Below are positions 23,262-35,195 of a stretch of DNA of 64,000 bases, one piece after another. Both the position numbers and the translations under genes were made by a program. Source of the stretch: Asterias rubens (Eukaryota); the NCBI RefSeq assembly GCF_902459465.1, contig NC_047064.1:640762-704761 (forward strand). Reading direction: 5' to 3'. A model generated the notes under the pieces. That model was not told where the DNA came from and searched no databases. It saw only the letters and a list, made by a program, of their open reading frames with translations. Each line of letters opens with the position of its first letter. The first letter of the stretch is position 1.

Positions 23262-24240
23262 ACTGGGGTTGCTAAGGTTTTGAATTATGACACCTATTTA
23301 CACTACACCCTGTAAGTGTTTTACAAGGTGACAGGCAGAGTCGGCAGCCAACCATACCAGAAAACACAGAGGCAAACCCCTTCTATTAACGATACCTGTA
23401 CTGAGTAATTTTACATTCATTTCACAACAAATGGGACCAACAACTTCATGTCCCATCAAAGAAAGAAGTAGATGTTGGTTTAAGTGCCGTGCTTATGGAC
23501 AAACATGTCAAGACCAGTACTCGAACCCACACTCTGCTGATCAGAAACACCAGAGCTTGAGTCCACTCAAGCCACAAATACATCTTGTATTCTTAGAGCA
23601 ATGGAAAGAGCAAGAAATAGACAAATAAAAAACATTTATTTCTAAAATACATTTAAGAAGGATCAGTCGGTTCTTATACAATGCTTTATTAACGGTCTCT
23701 TAAAGAGCTTAGTGATCTGTATCTAAGACTGATTTGTTATGGTTTTGAATAATAACACCCATTGATAATGCACCTTGTAAGTGTTTTACATGGTGACTGG
23801 ATCAGTATTGAGAAGAGTAGGGGGAAAGGGGTAGGCAGTAGAGCAGAAATGTGGTAGGAAAGGTGGGATGGAGTGGAAAGGAGGGGTGAGAAAACATATA
23901 ATGGAGGGAAAATGATAACAGAGTGTGTAGTGATATTGTACCGATAAGGAAAAGGAAAAACACCACGGATCAGCAACACTAGAGCTTGAGTGCACTCTCA
24001 TGCCACACTATGCCACAGAAGAGGGGAAGGGGTTCAGCAGAAAGGAGTAGAGGAGGGGGAAGATTGGAGTGGAGGGGTGGGGAGGGGGGCATGGGATACA
24101 TGTCAGAGAAATTACAAGAGATTATAGTGAAAGATAAGGAAAAGGGAAAAGATAGCACAAGATAAAGAGAACCACTGTCTACCATTGACATCAATGCTGA
24201 GTTCCTCATGGATATCTTAGATTCAATGGAATGATTCATA
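23262..24240. repeat. two diverged direct copies (~23270-23575 and ~23737-24000) of an unclassified ~300-bp repeat, plus a GA-rich tandem remnant
   Basis: They share a head (GGTTTTGAAT.AT.ACACC...CCTTGTAAGTGTTTTACA.GGTGAC) and a tail (GATCAG.AACAC.AGAGCTTGAGT.CACTC). Confidence 0.35.
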
Positions 24241-27200
24241 ATGAATTCACAGACGTCTCTAGCCCTGACCTACATGTATGCCACCCACCCCCTTCCTTTC
24301 AAATGTCTGTCTTGGTTTTAGTCTTGGAATAACACAGGATTTCACAGGCATGATACTCTTCAGTTTGTTTTCTGATTTTTCTGTTCAGCTTAACAACAGC
24401 TGTATCCATGGCAACGAGGGTTGAAGATGTCATTTCGTTGGGTGCCAGACAGCATCAAATGAGATAAAAATGGATCAGTTACAAAAAAATTCTCGTTGGG
24501 ACAAAGTCATTTCCTGGGCATGAAAAATGTGAGGAATTAGATGAAAGATAATGTTTGCTTCAGAAACGAAGAAGTCTAATTTGAGATTGGTACCCGTGCA
24601 ACCAGGTGTTTAGGTGATTAAGGTTGAGCAGTGAATGACAGCTAAATGATGGGTTCTTGTAAGATGCTTTATTTCCAATCTGTGACATGGCGGGAATATG
24701 ATGGTGTTTCTTGTCTTGGTTTTGGCACCAGGGCGGCAGAGAGAGAGCGGAGTGACGTGCTATGAATCTATTACGAGGGTAGGAATGTTGTTAGGTACAC
24801 AACAAACATAATTGGCTAGGAAGGAACTGGCAACGGATCAGAGCAATGAAGGGAACCAGTGAATACCAAGTGAGATACTTCCGTGTATCCCCCAGTGCGT
24901 TCAAGTAGTAGCTTTGACGTCATTGTTTTGGCTCACTCAGGACAGACCCAAGTAAAACAAGTTCGTCCCAGGTGCATGGCGTCATGCCTCAAACAAGTTT
25001 CAATGGCAACCATTTTTTTTTTAATTCAGCATGACACTTTCAGAAAGATTGACACTCATAAAACAGCAACTTTGTGAGCATTAAGTCACATTGTGGATTT
25101 TAAAAAGGATGTCATATTAAGTTTTTTTATCAAAATAAGAATAGGTTTTCAATAGTAATATTAATGTCTCCTAAGAAGATAAACAAGATGTGGTTAATTA
25201 AACTCATTTCCTGTTCCTTTTCAGTATTTAGCTAGTACAACCCAGATTACATTTGGATGTTGTACTGTACATGGCTTATCGTTGCTTAGCGGTCAAATGG
25301 CCACTGATTTTTTTTTATCATCATTTCAAGTTCCGGTCTTGACACATGTGTTTGTTAACCATCATTGCGTCATCGTATGGATTGGACGTATTATTATGTA
25401 AAGCCTTATTCCCATGTGTTGTGTGCAAATGTATGCACGAAAAAGCACCAAGTACACTTATTATCATAGAAGAATAGGGGTTCACCCCATTGTTTCTGGC
25501 ATGGCAGGCTGCATAAAGTTTGTGCCACAACTACATGTACATGAGCATGTATGGTTCTTACGATTTCAAACATAAATCTGCATTCCTGTAGGAGATAGGC
25601 CTATTACTTATCGGATATGAAAAGCACTAAATAAGAACTGTGTAATACATGTACATATTATTTAAACTACCTGTACATGTACATCTGTAACTAGTCATCA
25701 ACATCTACAAAACGTATGTATTGTACACGGAATGTGTACTGTACATGCATACATGTATACTACATACATACATTAGGCATGTGATGTGAAGTGTAGATAT
25801 ACATTATTCCCTTCATCAAGGTACATACATTAAATCCGCATCAGTGATAATGCATGCATTGCCTGTCTGTCAAACACAACAAATTGCTGATTAAATATTG
25901 TGATATTTCAATGTTTTCAAATTTACGTAAATACCACTCATCAATCAAATACAAGTATTTGAATTGACAATAATCAAATTTGGGTACAAGAGATTCTGGT
26001 GCTGATATTCCACTAGAAACTACTGTCCCATTTATATGAATCTAAAACACACATTGTGAATGTGTACACTGTGCATCAATACTCATTGATATTACATGTG
26101 CCTGAGCTTCACAGACGTCAATTCACATGCTGGATAAATTTCTGTTTTAATCATCACTATTTGATTCTGTCTCTGACGTGCGTACTTCATCAGGCAAGAG
26201 AGACAAACTACCCTAAGGTTCTAACCACCTTCTTGATCAATTGTGTTCGGTAACTCTCATATTTTCAAAAACAGATGAACAAATATTTTGAACAAAATGA
26301 TGTGTTTTCTTCGTGAGAAGCGAGAGTATTGTGTTACTTCACCATTAGATTAGAGAGATTAGACTTAAGATTTGTCTTGAGGGAGTGAGGTTGTAATTTT
26401 GACGACACATAACATGTTTTGTTACTCTAAGGCAGATTCTATTGAAGTTATACATTAGGGCTCGGTACATCCTTTGTGTTTGCAGAGAGTAAAGTGAAGT
26501 GATAATTAGATTGGATGTACCTGTGTAAAGTCGTCTTGGGCTGAGAGGAGAGTCTTGTTAATTGAGGTGATTGACCTCTAGCCATGCGTGGTGTTGTCTT
26601 GTGAGTGTTCAGTTGCAGCTGAGATGCTTAGCATTCTACTTGCCTCAGGTTTTAAAAGCTGGAAGTTACATGCTCTATTACAGTGTTTGTTTGGCCATTT
26701 ATACAAAAAATCAAAGTTTCTTAGAATTCTCACTCGACCAAAAAAAAAAAAAAAAACACAGGCTGTTTTTTATTATGCATTATTTCTCTTTGTCTCAGTA
26801 TACAATTGAAAGAAACACCAAAGTTCACAGTTTTTTTCCCATGTCCAACTTGTTTTTCATACATGTAAGCAAACTCAGAGTTGATGGAAATGAAAATGAT
26901 TTGCAATTTATTAGTCAAATTCTTACTAGAATATCAGTAGAAGAAACTAAATCTTCTGTTGATATACAGAAGTGCCTAAGATGACAGATTTTACCCATGT
27001 GATGTCCAACTTGTTTCTTCTAGTAATCTCAGTGTATAGAGAGGGGAATGATAATGTTCCAATTTATTAGTCAAACTCACTACCTGCAATTTGGACAATG
27101 TGAAGCTTCAAGAGCAGCGAGTCTGTTTTGTCTGCAACCTTCTACTAGATTCTTAGAGTATGGGTATAAAGATGCACCAGTGAACATCACTACTCAAGGA

Positions 27201-29090
27201 TGAGTAAGTTATTAAGATGTAAAGCCTTGAGACTTCTTATAGGGCTCAGGGGTATATGTCTACTTCGACCCTTTCCCACTGGAGAGATTTTACTGGAAAT
27301 TCTGAGAAAAATTATATGACCTTTTCACACCTCGATTATTCACCCTTCAAAACTCAATAGGTACCCTTCATTTGGGTGTGGGGTTAAGGGCTAGGCTTAC
27401 AGTTTTCATTTTCCACAGAAGTGTAAACTGAAGATGGGTGAAAGTGGGGTTCAAATTCCCCAGGGTTTCGGTGGTGTGAACAGGGCTAAGATAATGCCTG
27501 AAGCCTCTCTCATTGTCCTCTAGTCTTGCCTCACCACAATGCAATTACTTGTTTAGTCCCTTGGGTCTGTCTGTCTGATGGCATTGTCTGTCTGTCTGTA
27601 TTAATGCATGCAATTTGCATGTAATTAACTAGGAGTCGCTCAAATGGACAGTGAACTTGAGCTGATGCTTTTTGAGCCCATTTCACAAGTCATTATGGGC
27701 TGTTTATAAACATGTATCTCTAACGGCCTGGACGCTTGGATATATTATTCTAATTATGCTGAACCAGGGTCGATCGGCACAATCTCTCTACATGGGGACA
27801 AGGTTGTCAATGTGTGTGTAAAACCTCAACCCCATGATGTCGGCCATGTAATTTGATTAAGAGACCTTAGTGATGGGAAGAGGGGGGGGGCGTGGCGTGT
27901 TGTAACGTGTACCTTTGCCACTGTATGCAGATTCTGTGCGTGTAACGGAAGAGCAGAATTAAATTAAATAAATTAAAGGCTATCAACACCATACATGTGA
28001 TTGGGAGACCGTCTCTAATTGAATTAAGAGAAATTAAGTGTAATAGGTACATATGTACATGGATAAGGGAACATCAAATATGCTAAGCAAAATAAGCTTA
28101 CCAGCCAAAATACCATGTCACATACATGTATGACTGGTGTTGTTTGATTGGTTATTTTTTCTTGCTTAGCAGAAAAATTGTTTTAACAAGCAATATTTTA
28201 TGCTTAGTACAGCTCTATGACATTGAGCACAGGTCCATGAAGACAGAAATTTAATGGTTCCAAAACGCAAAGGTATGCTTTGTCTATAAATAGCCTGGAA
28301 GGTAAAATAAAGCCTACACTATAAACAAGTACATGTGTGTAGGATAGCCGATTAAATACTTGACTAAATATTCCTACGTTTTTCCATATCATGTCTGATT
28401 AGGCTATCCCTTGAAATATTTTTGTTCTCTTAAAAATTAAAGGATTGAAATGAAAATGTTGGACTGAAAACCAGTGCTGTAGCATTCCTTGAAAGGACAT
28501 TGCTCTTTTTGTAAATCCTTTAGGTCTACCTTATGTTTTTGGTTAATCTACCCAGGCTGCCTGTCAATTTAGGGTCTTATTGAGGTTCATACACGGAACA
28601 CCTTAACGTCATCAGAGATTGCACATATGTTGCAATATATGATACTATATGACCTTTACAGACTGAGTAATGGCGTTATAATGTACTGTCTGTATGAATG
28701 GATTGTTACTATACAAACGTGTAAGCTTCAAACGCTCAAACTGAGTGCCATGAGAGCACATTTCACAAACACTAGAATGAAAGACGACAATTGTTTAACA
28801 GATGTTGGACACACATGAACGATACGTGGATGTAATTTATGCAGATAGACAGCTTGGTTTAAAAATACAATTAACGATGAACCTGTATGTCATGTTGATC
28901 AAATTTAAATGTCTGATTTTTAACTTGCTGTCTCAGTCAGTAGTATTTTGTTGTTAATCTTGTTGTTGGTTATAAAATACAACAAACATGTAACATGTAT
29001 CATGTTGATGAAATTGACATGCCTGGTTTTAAAATTTTATCTTGTGTTCTCATTTATGTCAGTAGTGTGCTGTTGTTTTGTAATTTAAAA

Positions 29091-29196
29091 TTAACTTATT
29101 AAATGTATTTTCTAAGAAACACAGCCAAATACTCCTGTGATTTTGTTTACGTGAGTATTTGGCTGTGTTTCTTAGAAAATACATTTAATAAGTTGA
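29091..29196. repeat. hairpin: 44-bp stem (1 mismatch) and 18-nt loop
   Basis: ttaacttattaaatgtattttctaagaaacacagccaaatactc ... gagtatttggctgtgtttcttagaaaatacatttaataagttga. Confidence 0.85.
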
Positions 29197-29749
29197 TATT
29201 TTACCAGCCTGATGAACGTCTTTCATGAATTTAAAATTAGCAGAACAAGGCCATAGGAAAAGACGATTGTAAGAACAGATGAAAATTTCTCTGTTTTTAG
29301 ATAAATATCTTCTTCAAGAAGTAAAATCTCATCGACCTTGGAAGACAGATGATTTTCCATTGCAGCACCGCATTTCTGGAATCAGCTATCCCTAAAACCT
29401 CTAATAATATTCACTCATTCAAAAAGTCTCTCAAAACACACCTACATTTAGTTCCTCTTAACTTAATTTTCTTTTGGTCCCTTTACCTTGCTTGATTTTC
29501 TCTTCCTTTGGTAGAGCGTCTTGAGCAACTTTGGTGGATTTGTGCACTTTATAAGACCTTGTCATTATTATTATTGTTGCCTAAGATGGTCCGGTCTAGA
29601 TCAAAAGCTAAGGCCATCTACCCTACGCCTTGAACACCCAGCAGGGTGGATATGTGCGCATTACAAGTCTTATTATTTATTATTTATTTATTTTTTATTA
29701 TTATACCGTACTTTACACTTTAGTCATTTTCCGTTTTGATTCTTTGTAG

Positions 29750-29902
29750 ATATCTCTGGTAGATCAGGCTTTACGAGAGTTGTCTAATCCTGGAGCTAGT
29801 GGAAGTGTCTTCTATCTTACTGATGATGATGAGTTTATCATTAAGACTGTACAACATAAGGAAGCAGACTTTCTTCAGAAGCTGCTACCCGGTTATTACA
29901 TG
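29750..29902 (+). CDS. PIP5K1: PIP5K1 kinase-core exon: [51 protein letters not shown]
   Basis: Matches the PIPK catalytic core motif [11 protein letters not shown]..[26 protein letters not shown]. The acceptor is tctttgtag and the donor is gtaagt. Confidence 0.95.
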
Positions 29903-29960
29903 GTAAGTCAAACATCTAAAGGTTGTGGGTTCAAATCTCACCCGAGTCATATATCCCTAT

Positions 29961-30086
29961 GAGTTGTCTAATCCTGGAGCTAGTGCGAGTGTCTTCTATC
30001 TTACTGATGATGATGAGTTTATCATTAAGACTGTACAACATAAGGAAGCAGACTTTCTTCAGAAGCTGCTACCCGGTTATTACATG
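29961..30086 (+). pseudogene. duplicate (copy 2) of the PIP5K1 kinase-core exon segment LSNPGAS(A)SVFY...GYYM with an intact gtaagt donor; 2-nt change GGAAGT to GCGAGT
   Basis: Member of a 184-bp x3 tandem array. It lacks the 27 nt 5' of the real exon. An AG at 29962-29963 (tatgag) would give an in-frame 123-nt cassette. Confidence 0.6.
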
Positions 30087-30144
30087 GTAAGTCAAACATC
30101 TTAAGGTTGTGGGTTCAAATCTCACCCGAGTCATATATCCCTAT

Positions 30145-30271
30145 GAGTTGTCTAATCCTGGAGCTAGTGCGAGTGTCTTCTATCTTACTGATGATGATGA
30201 GTTTATCATTAAGACTTGTACAACATAAGGAAGCAGACTCCCTTCAGAAGCTGCTACCTGGTTATTACATG
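30145..30271 (+). pseudogene. degenerate copy 3 of the same exon segment (1-nt insertion frameshift; further substitutions)
   Basis: 184-bp array; aagacttgtacaac has one extra T compared with the real exon. Confidence 0.6.
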
Positions 30272-30662
30272 GTAAGTCAAACATCTTTGCATCTTGAAAC
30301 GGAAGTTCATGAGATTTGTTCTTCAATTTAAAGGTAGATTGGCAAAGGTCGTGGGTTCAAATCCCACACGAATCATTTGCCTGTGATTTAATTTGTTTTT
30401 CTTCACAGAACTCTGAAAAGTACTGAAGTATACAGTGCACATCAGTGTGAGGGTAGAACCTTTCACTAAATATGAAGGGTTTTTTTCCCCTTTTTAAATG
30501 CGCCGTTTTAAAGTCACCTGGAAATATTTTTTTTTTTCTTTCAAACATAAGAGTATGTGCTTACGAATAATAAAACAATTTTTTTAGTAATTGTTTGTCA
30601 CGATTTATATGTTTAAAAAATATATAAAGTTGTTAGGGGGGCTGACTCCGCCTACCCCTTTT

Positions 30663-30924
30663 GTGACGTCAATCGAGGCAGACTTTGCCTGCAATGCGTA
30701 TAGTAAACACACGTGCAAAGTACATGTACGTCCAAGTCGTGAGTTGGTACATTTCAAAAAGTGTTTTTCTGCATTCAGCAGCAATACACCTGGTCGGCAT
30801 TGCCGGAAAAAAAACAATTTTTTTTTTTTTTAAATGTACAAACTCACGACTTGGTCCGTACATGTACTTTGCAATTGTGTTTACTCTACGCATTACAGGC
30901 AAAGTCTGCCTCGATTGACGTCAC
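30663..30924. mobile_element. inverted-repeat element: ~110-bp arms (~88% identical) starting GTGACGTCAATCGAGGCAGAC, ~40-bp spacer
   Basis: Symmetric ORF translations on both strands (30605..30817- versus 30761..30967+), and the arms are visible in the sequence. Confidence 0.5.
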
Positions 30925-31939
30925 GAACAGCGCCCTCTCGGGTCGGGGTCTACTCTTAAATTTGTAAATAACATAAGAACTGGTTTTTTAAAACCTTAGT
31001 TAACTGTTTATTCACATTCCACTCATCAAAACACATATATTAGTGACAAAAGCTTTATTTTGAAAAAGTACCACTTCCAGGTGACTTTAAATTCATCACT
31101 TTGCAGGGTTACAAAATTTCAGTTATTTTTCTTATCAACATTTAGAAAAGCTTAACAAAATTAACTCAGATTTTTTGTTTTACACAGAATTTTGAAACAC
31201 CTACAACAGAACAAGGGTAATTTTAGTTTCAAGCCCCCCCCCCCCCCCAAAAAAAATATTAAAAAAATAAATAAATAAATAAATAAATAAAAGCGGACTG
31301 AAAGAGTCAAAGGAAGGATCTGAGCTCCTCCTTTGGGATTATTATCTTACGGGTCCTCCATGACTGGAGAGGGATTTATTAATATTTCTTAAGACTTAAG
31401 AGTCATTCATTATTCACATAAATACCCATTGGCTCTTTGTCTAGTACATGTTGTTCATGACGCCAGTACATCCCGACTTGCAACAAATTACATGTAATGC
31501 ATGTATTTTTTTCGACAGGAAAATAAATAAATAAATTCTGGAACATCTGGGACGTTTTTCCTCCCAAATTGCTTGAGCAAACAAAGTTGTAAAATTTGAT
31601 CCCACGCAAAGAGAGTTTGGATGAATAATCATGCTATGTCAATGTGTAGTACCACCATATTGGGTGTGACTCATTTACACTAAAACCAATATTTCATTTG
31701 CAGATATTGTTTTTGTCTTTTGGTCCATTTTGTCATTTTCCAAATAGAATAGGAAATAAAATTAGCTGTTGCAAAATGCTTACCGACCAAAAGGACCAAT
31801 AGTGTAAAATAAAAAAATAGTTAATTGACCTCACTTTGACCAGACTCTGCTAGGGTCAAAATGGGACAATAACTGTTTTTGCAATAAATATTAATTTAAC
31901 CCCATATTTTACATGAAGTTTCTTTCTTTACCGCTCTAG

Positions 31940-32239
31940 AATCTGAACCAAAACCCGCGAACGTTACTACCCAAGTTCTATGGATTGTACACCTACCAGA
32001 GCGGAGGTCGTAATATTCGTCTGGTTGTTATGAACAACTTGATGCCATCAGACATTACAATGCACCAGAAGTTTGACCTGAAGGGGTCAACATACAAGAG
32101 GAAGGCTTCAAAAGCTGAGAGGCAGAAGAAATCTCCAACATTGAAAGATTTAGATTTTATGGAAGTGCATCCGGAGGGTTTAATGTTAGACACTGCGACT
32201 TACAATGCTCTGGTGAAGACACTACAGCGTGACTGTAGG
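31940..32239 (+). CDS. PIP5K1: PIP5K1 exon: [38 protein letters not shown]...[32 protein letters not shown]
   Basis: 100 codons, colinear with vertebrate PIP5K1 ([50 protein letters not shown]). The acceptor is ctctag and the donor is gtaggt. Confidence 0.95.
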
Positions 32240-32364
32240 GTAGGTACTATGTGGAGCTAGATTTATCCCCTTCTTGGTCCTCCCCTCTCAGAAAAAAACT
32301 TTGGTATCTTTATTATTGTTTGATATTCTAGATCTAGATACATTCAGACAGGCCTTGAACTTTC

Positions 32365-32622
32365 CTCTGGAAGGGGCAGGGCATGTGTCCTCTGGTAAGG
32401 GGCAGGGCATGTGACCTCTGGAAGGGGCAGGGCATGTGTCCTCTGGAAGGGGCAGGGCATGTGTCCTCTGGAAGGGGCAGGGCATGTGTCCTCTGGAAGG
32501 GGCAGGGCATGTGTCCTCTGGAAGGGGCAGGGCATGTGTCCTCTGGTAAGGGGCAGGGCATGTGTCCTCTGGAAGGGGCAGGGCATGTGTCCTCTGGAAG
32601 GGGCAGGGCATGTGTCCTCTGA
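32365..32622. repeat. 25/28-bp minisatellite (GGGGCAGGGCATGTGTCCTCTGGAA) x~10 in a PIP5K1 intron
   Basis: Direct tandem repeat. The ORFs at 32288-32843 are artefacts. Confidence 0.9.
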
Positions 32623-33117
32623 AAGGGGCACTTCTATGGGGAAAGGTCAATTTGTATTTGAACTTTGCAAAAGGGCACCACAGTAAAAGCACAGGGCACC
32701 ACGTTCATGTAAGCTGTAGATGCTTCAATTTCCCTTCATCCCAAATGTCCTCCTATTTTGCTCTCTGGTTATCTGCTGGCAGCACAAATACTTCTTATGT
32801 CAGTAAAGTAACCGGTAACCATTTGCCTCTGAATCTGAACTAAGTCGGCAACACATCCTAATGGAAACATCACACCAACTATTTGTGGAGAAGACACTGA
32901 AGAAATTCCAGTTTTAATTGTGGGAGAAAAACCCCTTTATAGGGTAAACCCACGCAGTCAAGCGGGGGAAGAAAAAAAATCTGGAAAACAAAATCCACAT
33001 GCAAGGCTCCGGTCTGGGCTCGAACCGGGGTTCAAAGAAGTGAAAGGCATATAGAGAAATAACTTAGCCAGCCTGACTACCAATACTTACTTACTGTGGA
33101 TTTTCTCTCTATTTCAG

Positions 33118-33195
33118 GTCTTGGAAAGTTTTAAGATTATGGATTACAGTTTACTGGTGTCAATGCACAATGTTGACCAAGCAGAGACTGAAAAG
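33118..33195 (+). CDS. PIP5K1: PIP5K1 exon: VLESFKIMDYSLLVSMHNVDQAETEK
   Basis: Matches VLQSFKIMDYSLLMSIHNIDHAQRE. The acceptor is tatttcag and the donor is gtaagt. Confidence 0.9.
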
Positions 33196-33433
33196 GTAAG
33201 TCTTACTGGAGGAGTGGTGGAAAACCCAGGTACATGACATATAAAATGGAACAAAAATAGCTTGAAATTGCTTTGAAAATATTGTCATTACAACCAGTAG
33301 ACAAGCTGCTATCTTCCCTCCGCATCACTGATCCCACAAAGAATGCATTCATGATATAAGTATTAACGTTCTATAATTGTAGCAATTATTATTACTTTTT
33401 GTAGCAATTATTATTCCTTTTTTTTTTTTTTTT

Positions 33434-33765
33434 GGGGGGGGGGTTGAACCAACGACCTCCGGATTAACGTGCCGGCGCTCTACCAACTGAGCTATCCCCT
33501 GGTGATCCCCTGGATGCCGCTTCCCAGGTTATATCGGAATTTGGGTGTGATCCCTGGCTACACGGCAGTTGACGGTTACATGGCTTCTGACTGGCACCTA
33601 TTGACGAAATAGGGACACCGCTAATATAGGGCTAGATAGCTCAGTTGGTAGAGCGCCGGGTTGTTGGTTCGAATCCCACTCTAGTCAATTCTTTGTTCAA
33701 CCCCAAAAGTCATTTAAAAAATTACCCAGTCAGTTTCCCTTGTGGTTTATATTGATAATTATTAT
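33434..33765 (+). mobile_element. composite tRNA-derived SINE locus: inverted partial tRNA-like head, X region, forward tRNA-like head (anticodon arm deleted), AATTCTTTGTTCAACCCCAAAAG tail
   Basis: GGGCTAGATAGCTCAGTTGGTAGAGCGCCGG..GTTGGTTCGAATCCCACTCTAGTCA. It is the reverse complement of locus 51749-52065. Confidence 0.55.
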
Positions 33766-33821
33766 TACTGTGATGACACATTTAACAAAGTGATCTTGTA
33801 TTTTTCTTTGGCTGTGGTTAG

Positions 33822-34099
33822 CGCAATGAAAACAACAGTACAGACGGCAACACAGAATCCAGAACAGCTGATATTCAGCAACCTCAACAGACCTCTGAGA
33901 TTATTAAACGTCCAACGATGCTCCGAAGTCTCTCAGATTCAGGTTCGGCTGAAGAGCATCATGGAGATAAACCACCTCACAGATTAGAAAGATCCAAGTC
34001 TTATCTTAATAAATCCAAACGGCCTGCTTTCTCGACAACGAGAGAGGCGATTCAAGGGCATACGAAGGAAACATGGGTGCCAGAAGATGAAGAGGAACC
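33822..34099 (+). CDS. PIP5K1: PIP5K1 variable-linker exon (92 codons, Ser/Glu-rich; ...STTREAIQGHTKETWVPEDEEEP)
   Basis: Open frame from the acceptor ggttag to the donor CC|gtaagt. Both phases link the flanking conserved exons. The AIQG motif aligns to vertebrate AMESIQGE just before the GGIP motif. Confidence 0.7.
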
Positions 34100-34129
34100 G
34101 TAAGTTGGGAATTATATTTCAAAGGACTC

Positions 34130-34503
34130 TTAAAGGCAGTGGACACTGTTGGTAATTACTCAAAATAATTGTTAGCATACAAAATTACTTGGTAATGAGC
34201 AATGGAGAGCTGTTGGTAGTACAAAACATTGTGATAAATGGCTCCCTCTGATGTAACATAGTTTTTGAAGAAGGAGGTTATTTCTGACTCAAATAATAAA
34301 AGACTTCAGCTGAAGCCTTTCAATATGCTTCTGACTACACAAAGAAATGCTTCATGGTTGTGTTTTCTTTCATTATTTTTTTGCTAATTCGATGACCAAC
34401 TGAGCCCAAATTTTCACAGGTTTGTTATTTTATGCTCATGTTGGGATACGCCAAGTGAGAATACTGGTCTTTGACAATTACCAAAGGTGTCCAGTGTCTT
34501 TAT
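34130..34503 (+). mobile_element. MITE-A copy filling most of the 496-bp PIP5K1 intron 34100-34595
   Basis: TTAAAG GCAGTGGACACTGTTGGTAAT ... CCAAAGGTGTCCAGTGTC TTTATTA. Confidence 0.7.
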
Positions 34504-34595
34504 TATTTGTTCTTTTGATTCATCAGTGCATGCCTCTAAATAACCCATGGCACACACCGTATTATTTTGTGTTTTATGTTTTTTGTTATTTTCAG

Positions 34596-34679
34596 GAATG
34601 GTGGTATTCCAGGCAAGAATTTCAAAGGAGAACGTATCGAACTGTTTATAGGAATTATTGATATATTGCAATGCTTCAA
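34596..34679 (+). CDS. PIP5K1: PIP5K1 exon: (P)[27 protein letters not shown](K)
   Basis: Matches [27 protein letters not shown]. The acceptor is ttttcag and the donor is AA|gtaagt. Confidence 0.9.
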
Positions 34680-35195
34680 GTAAGTATAATAGTAATAATA
34701 ACTTTTTTTTATTATAGCACTTTGTACAATCGAAGGGCGTCTCACATCAGTTCCAACACTATTACCCCTGGTCACTGGGCCATTTAATTAATTCACTTAG
34801 TAAATATGAAATATTATATAACACCGAAGCAGATTCTTGCCATTTGATTGGAGGATTGTCTGTCACGCGATAGCAAATAAAAGTACTATTGCACGCTACG
34901 CCACTCACCGTGCATTTTTCGTTCCATCCGATAAGTACAATTGCACGCTGAGCAAAAAACATCACTGTGTGCGCGTGTCTTTGGTAACGCAGCAGGGTTA
35001 CTACAATGCACATACTAGCATTCGGCAACTGCGTGTCTCAAAACAGCTGTACTACAGAACGCACATTGTCAAACAGGCGACCCAAAAGAAACGGGTGTAA
35101 TTTCACAATTAGAAATTGTAGGCCTACGCGTTGTTTATTTTGAACGTTGTATCCTCCAATCAAAATGACAAAGATCTACTTGGATATTATAAAAC

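Larger units (their letters stand above)
29777..30330 (+). repeat. 184-bp x3 tandem array: 126 nt of the PIP5K1 kinase-core exon, its gtaagt donor and a tRNA-like SINE fragment (GGTTGTGGGTTCAAATCTCACCC)
   Basis: Unit starts are at 29777, 29961 and 30145. Confidence 0.9.

Noticed and set aside
32288-32843. Overlapping ORFs with the repeated PLPEDTCPAPSRGHMPCPFQRTHA motif
   Set aside because: They are translations of the 25-bp minisatellite in a PIP5K1 intron.
34762-35100. Overlapping 87-88-aa ORFs on both strands in a relatively GC- and CpG-richer patch of a PIP5K1 intron
   Set aside because: It has no homology or splice context. The sequence contains duplicated ATTGCACGCT motifs and looks like unique intronic DNA. 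A regulatory role cannot be assessed from sequence alone.
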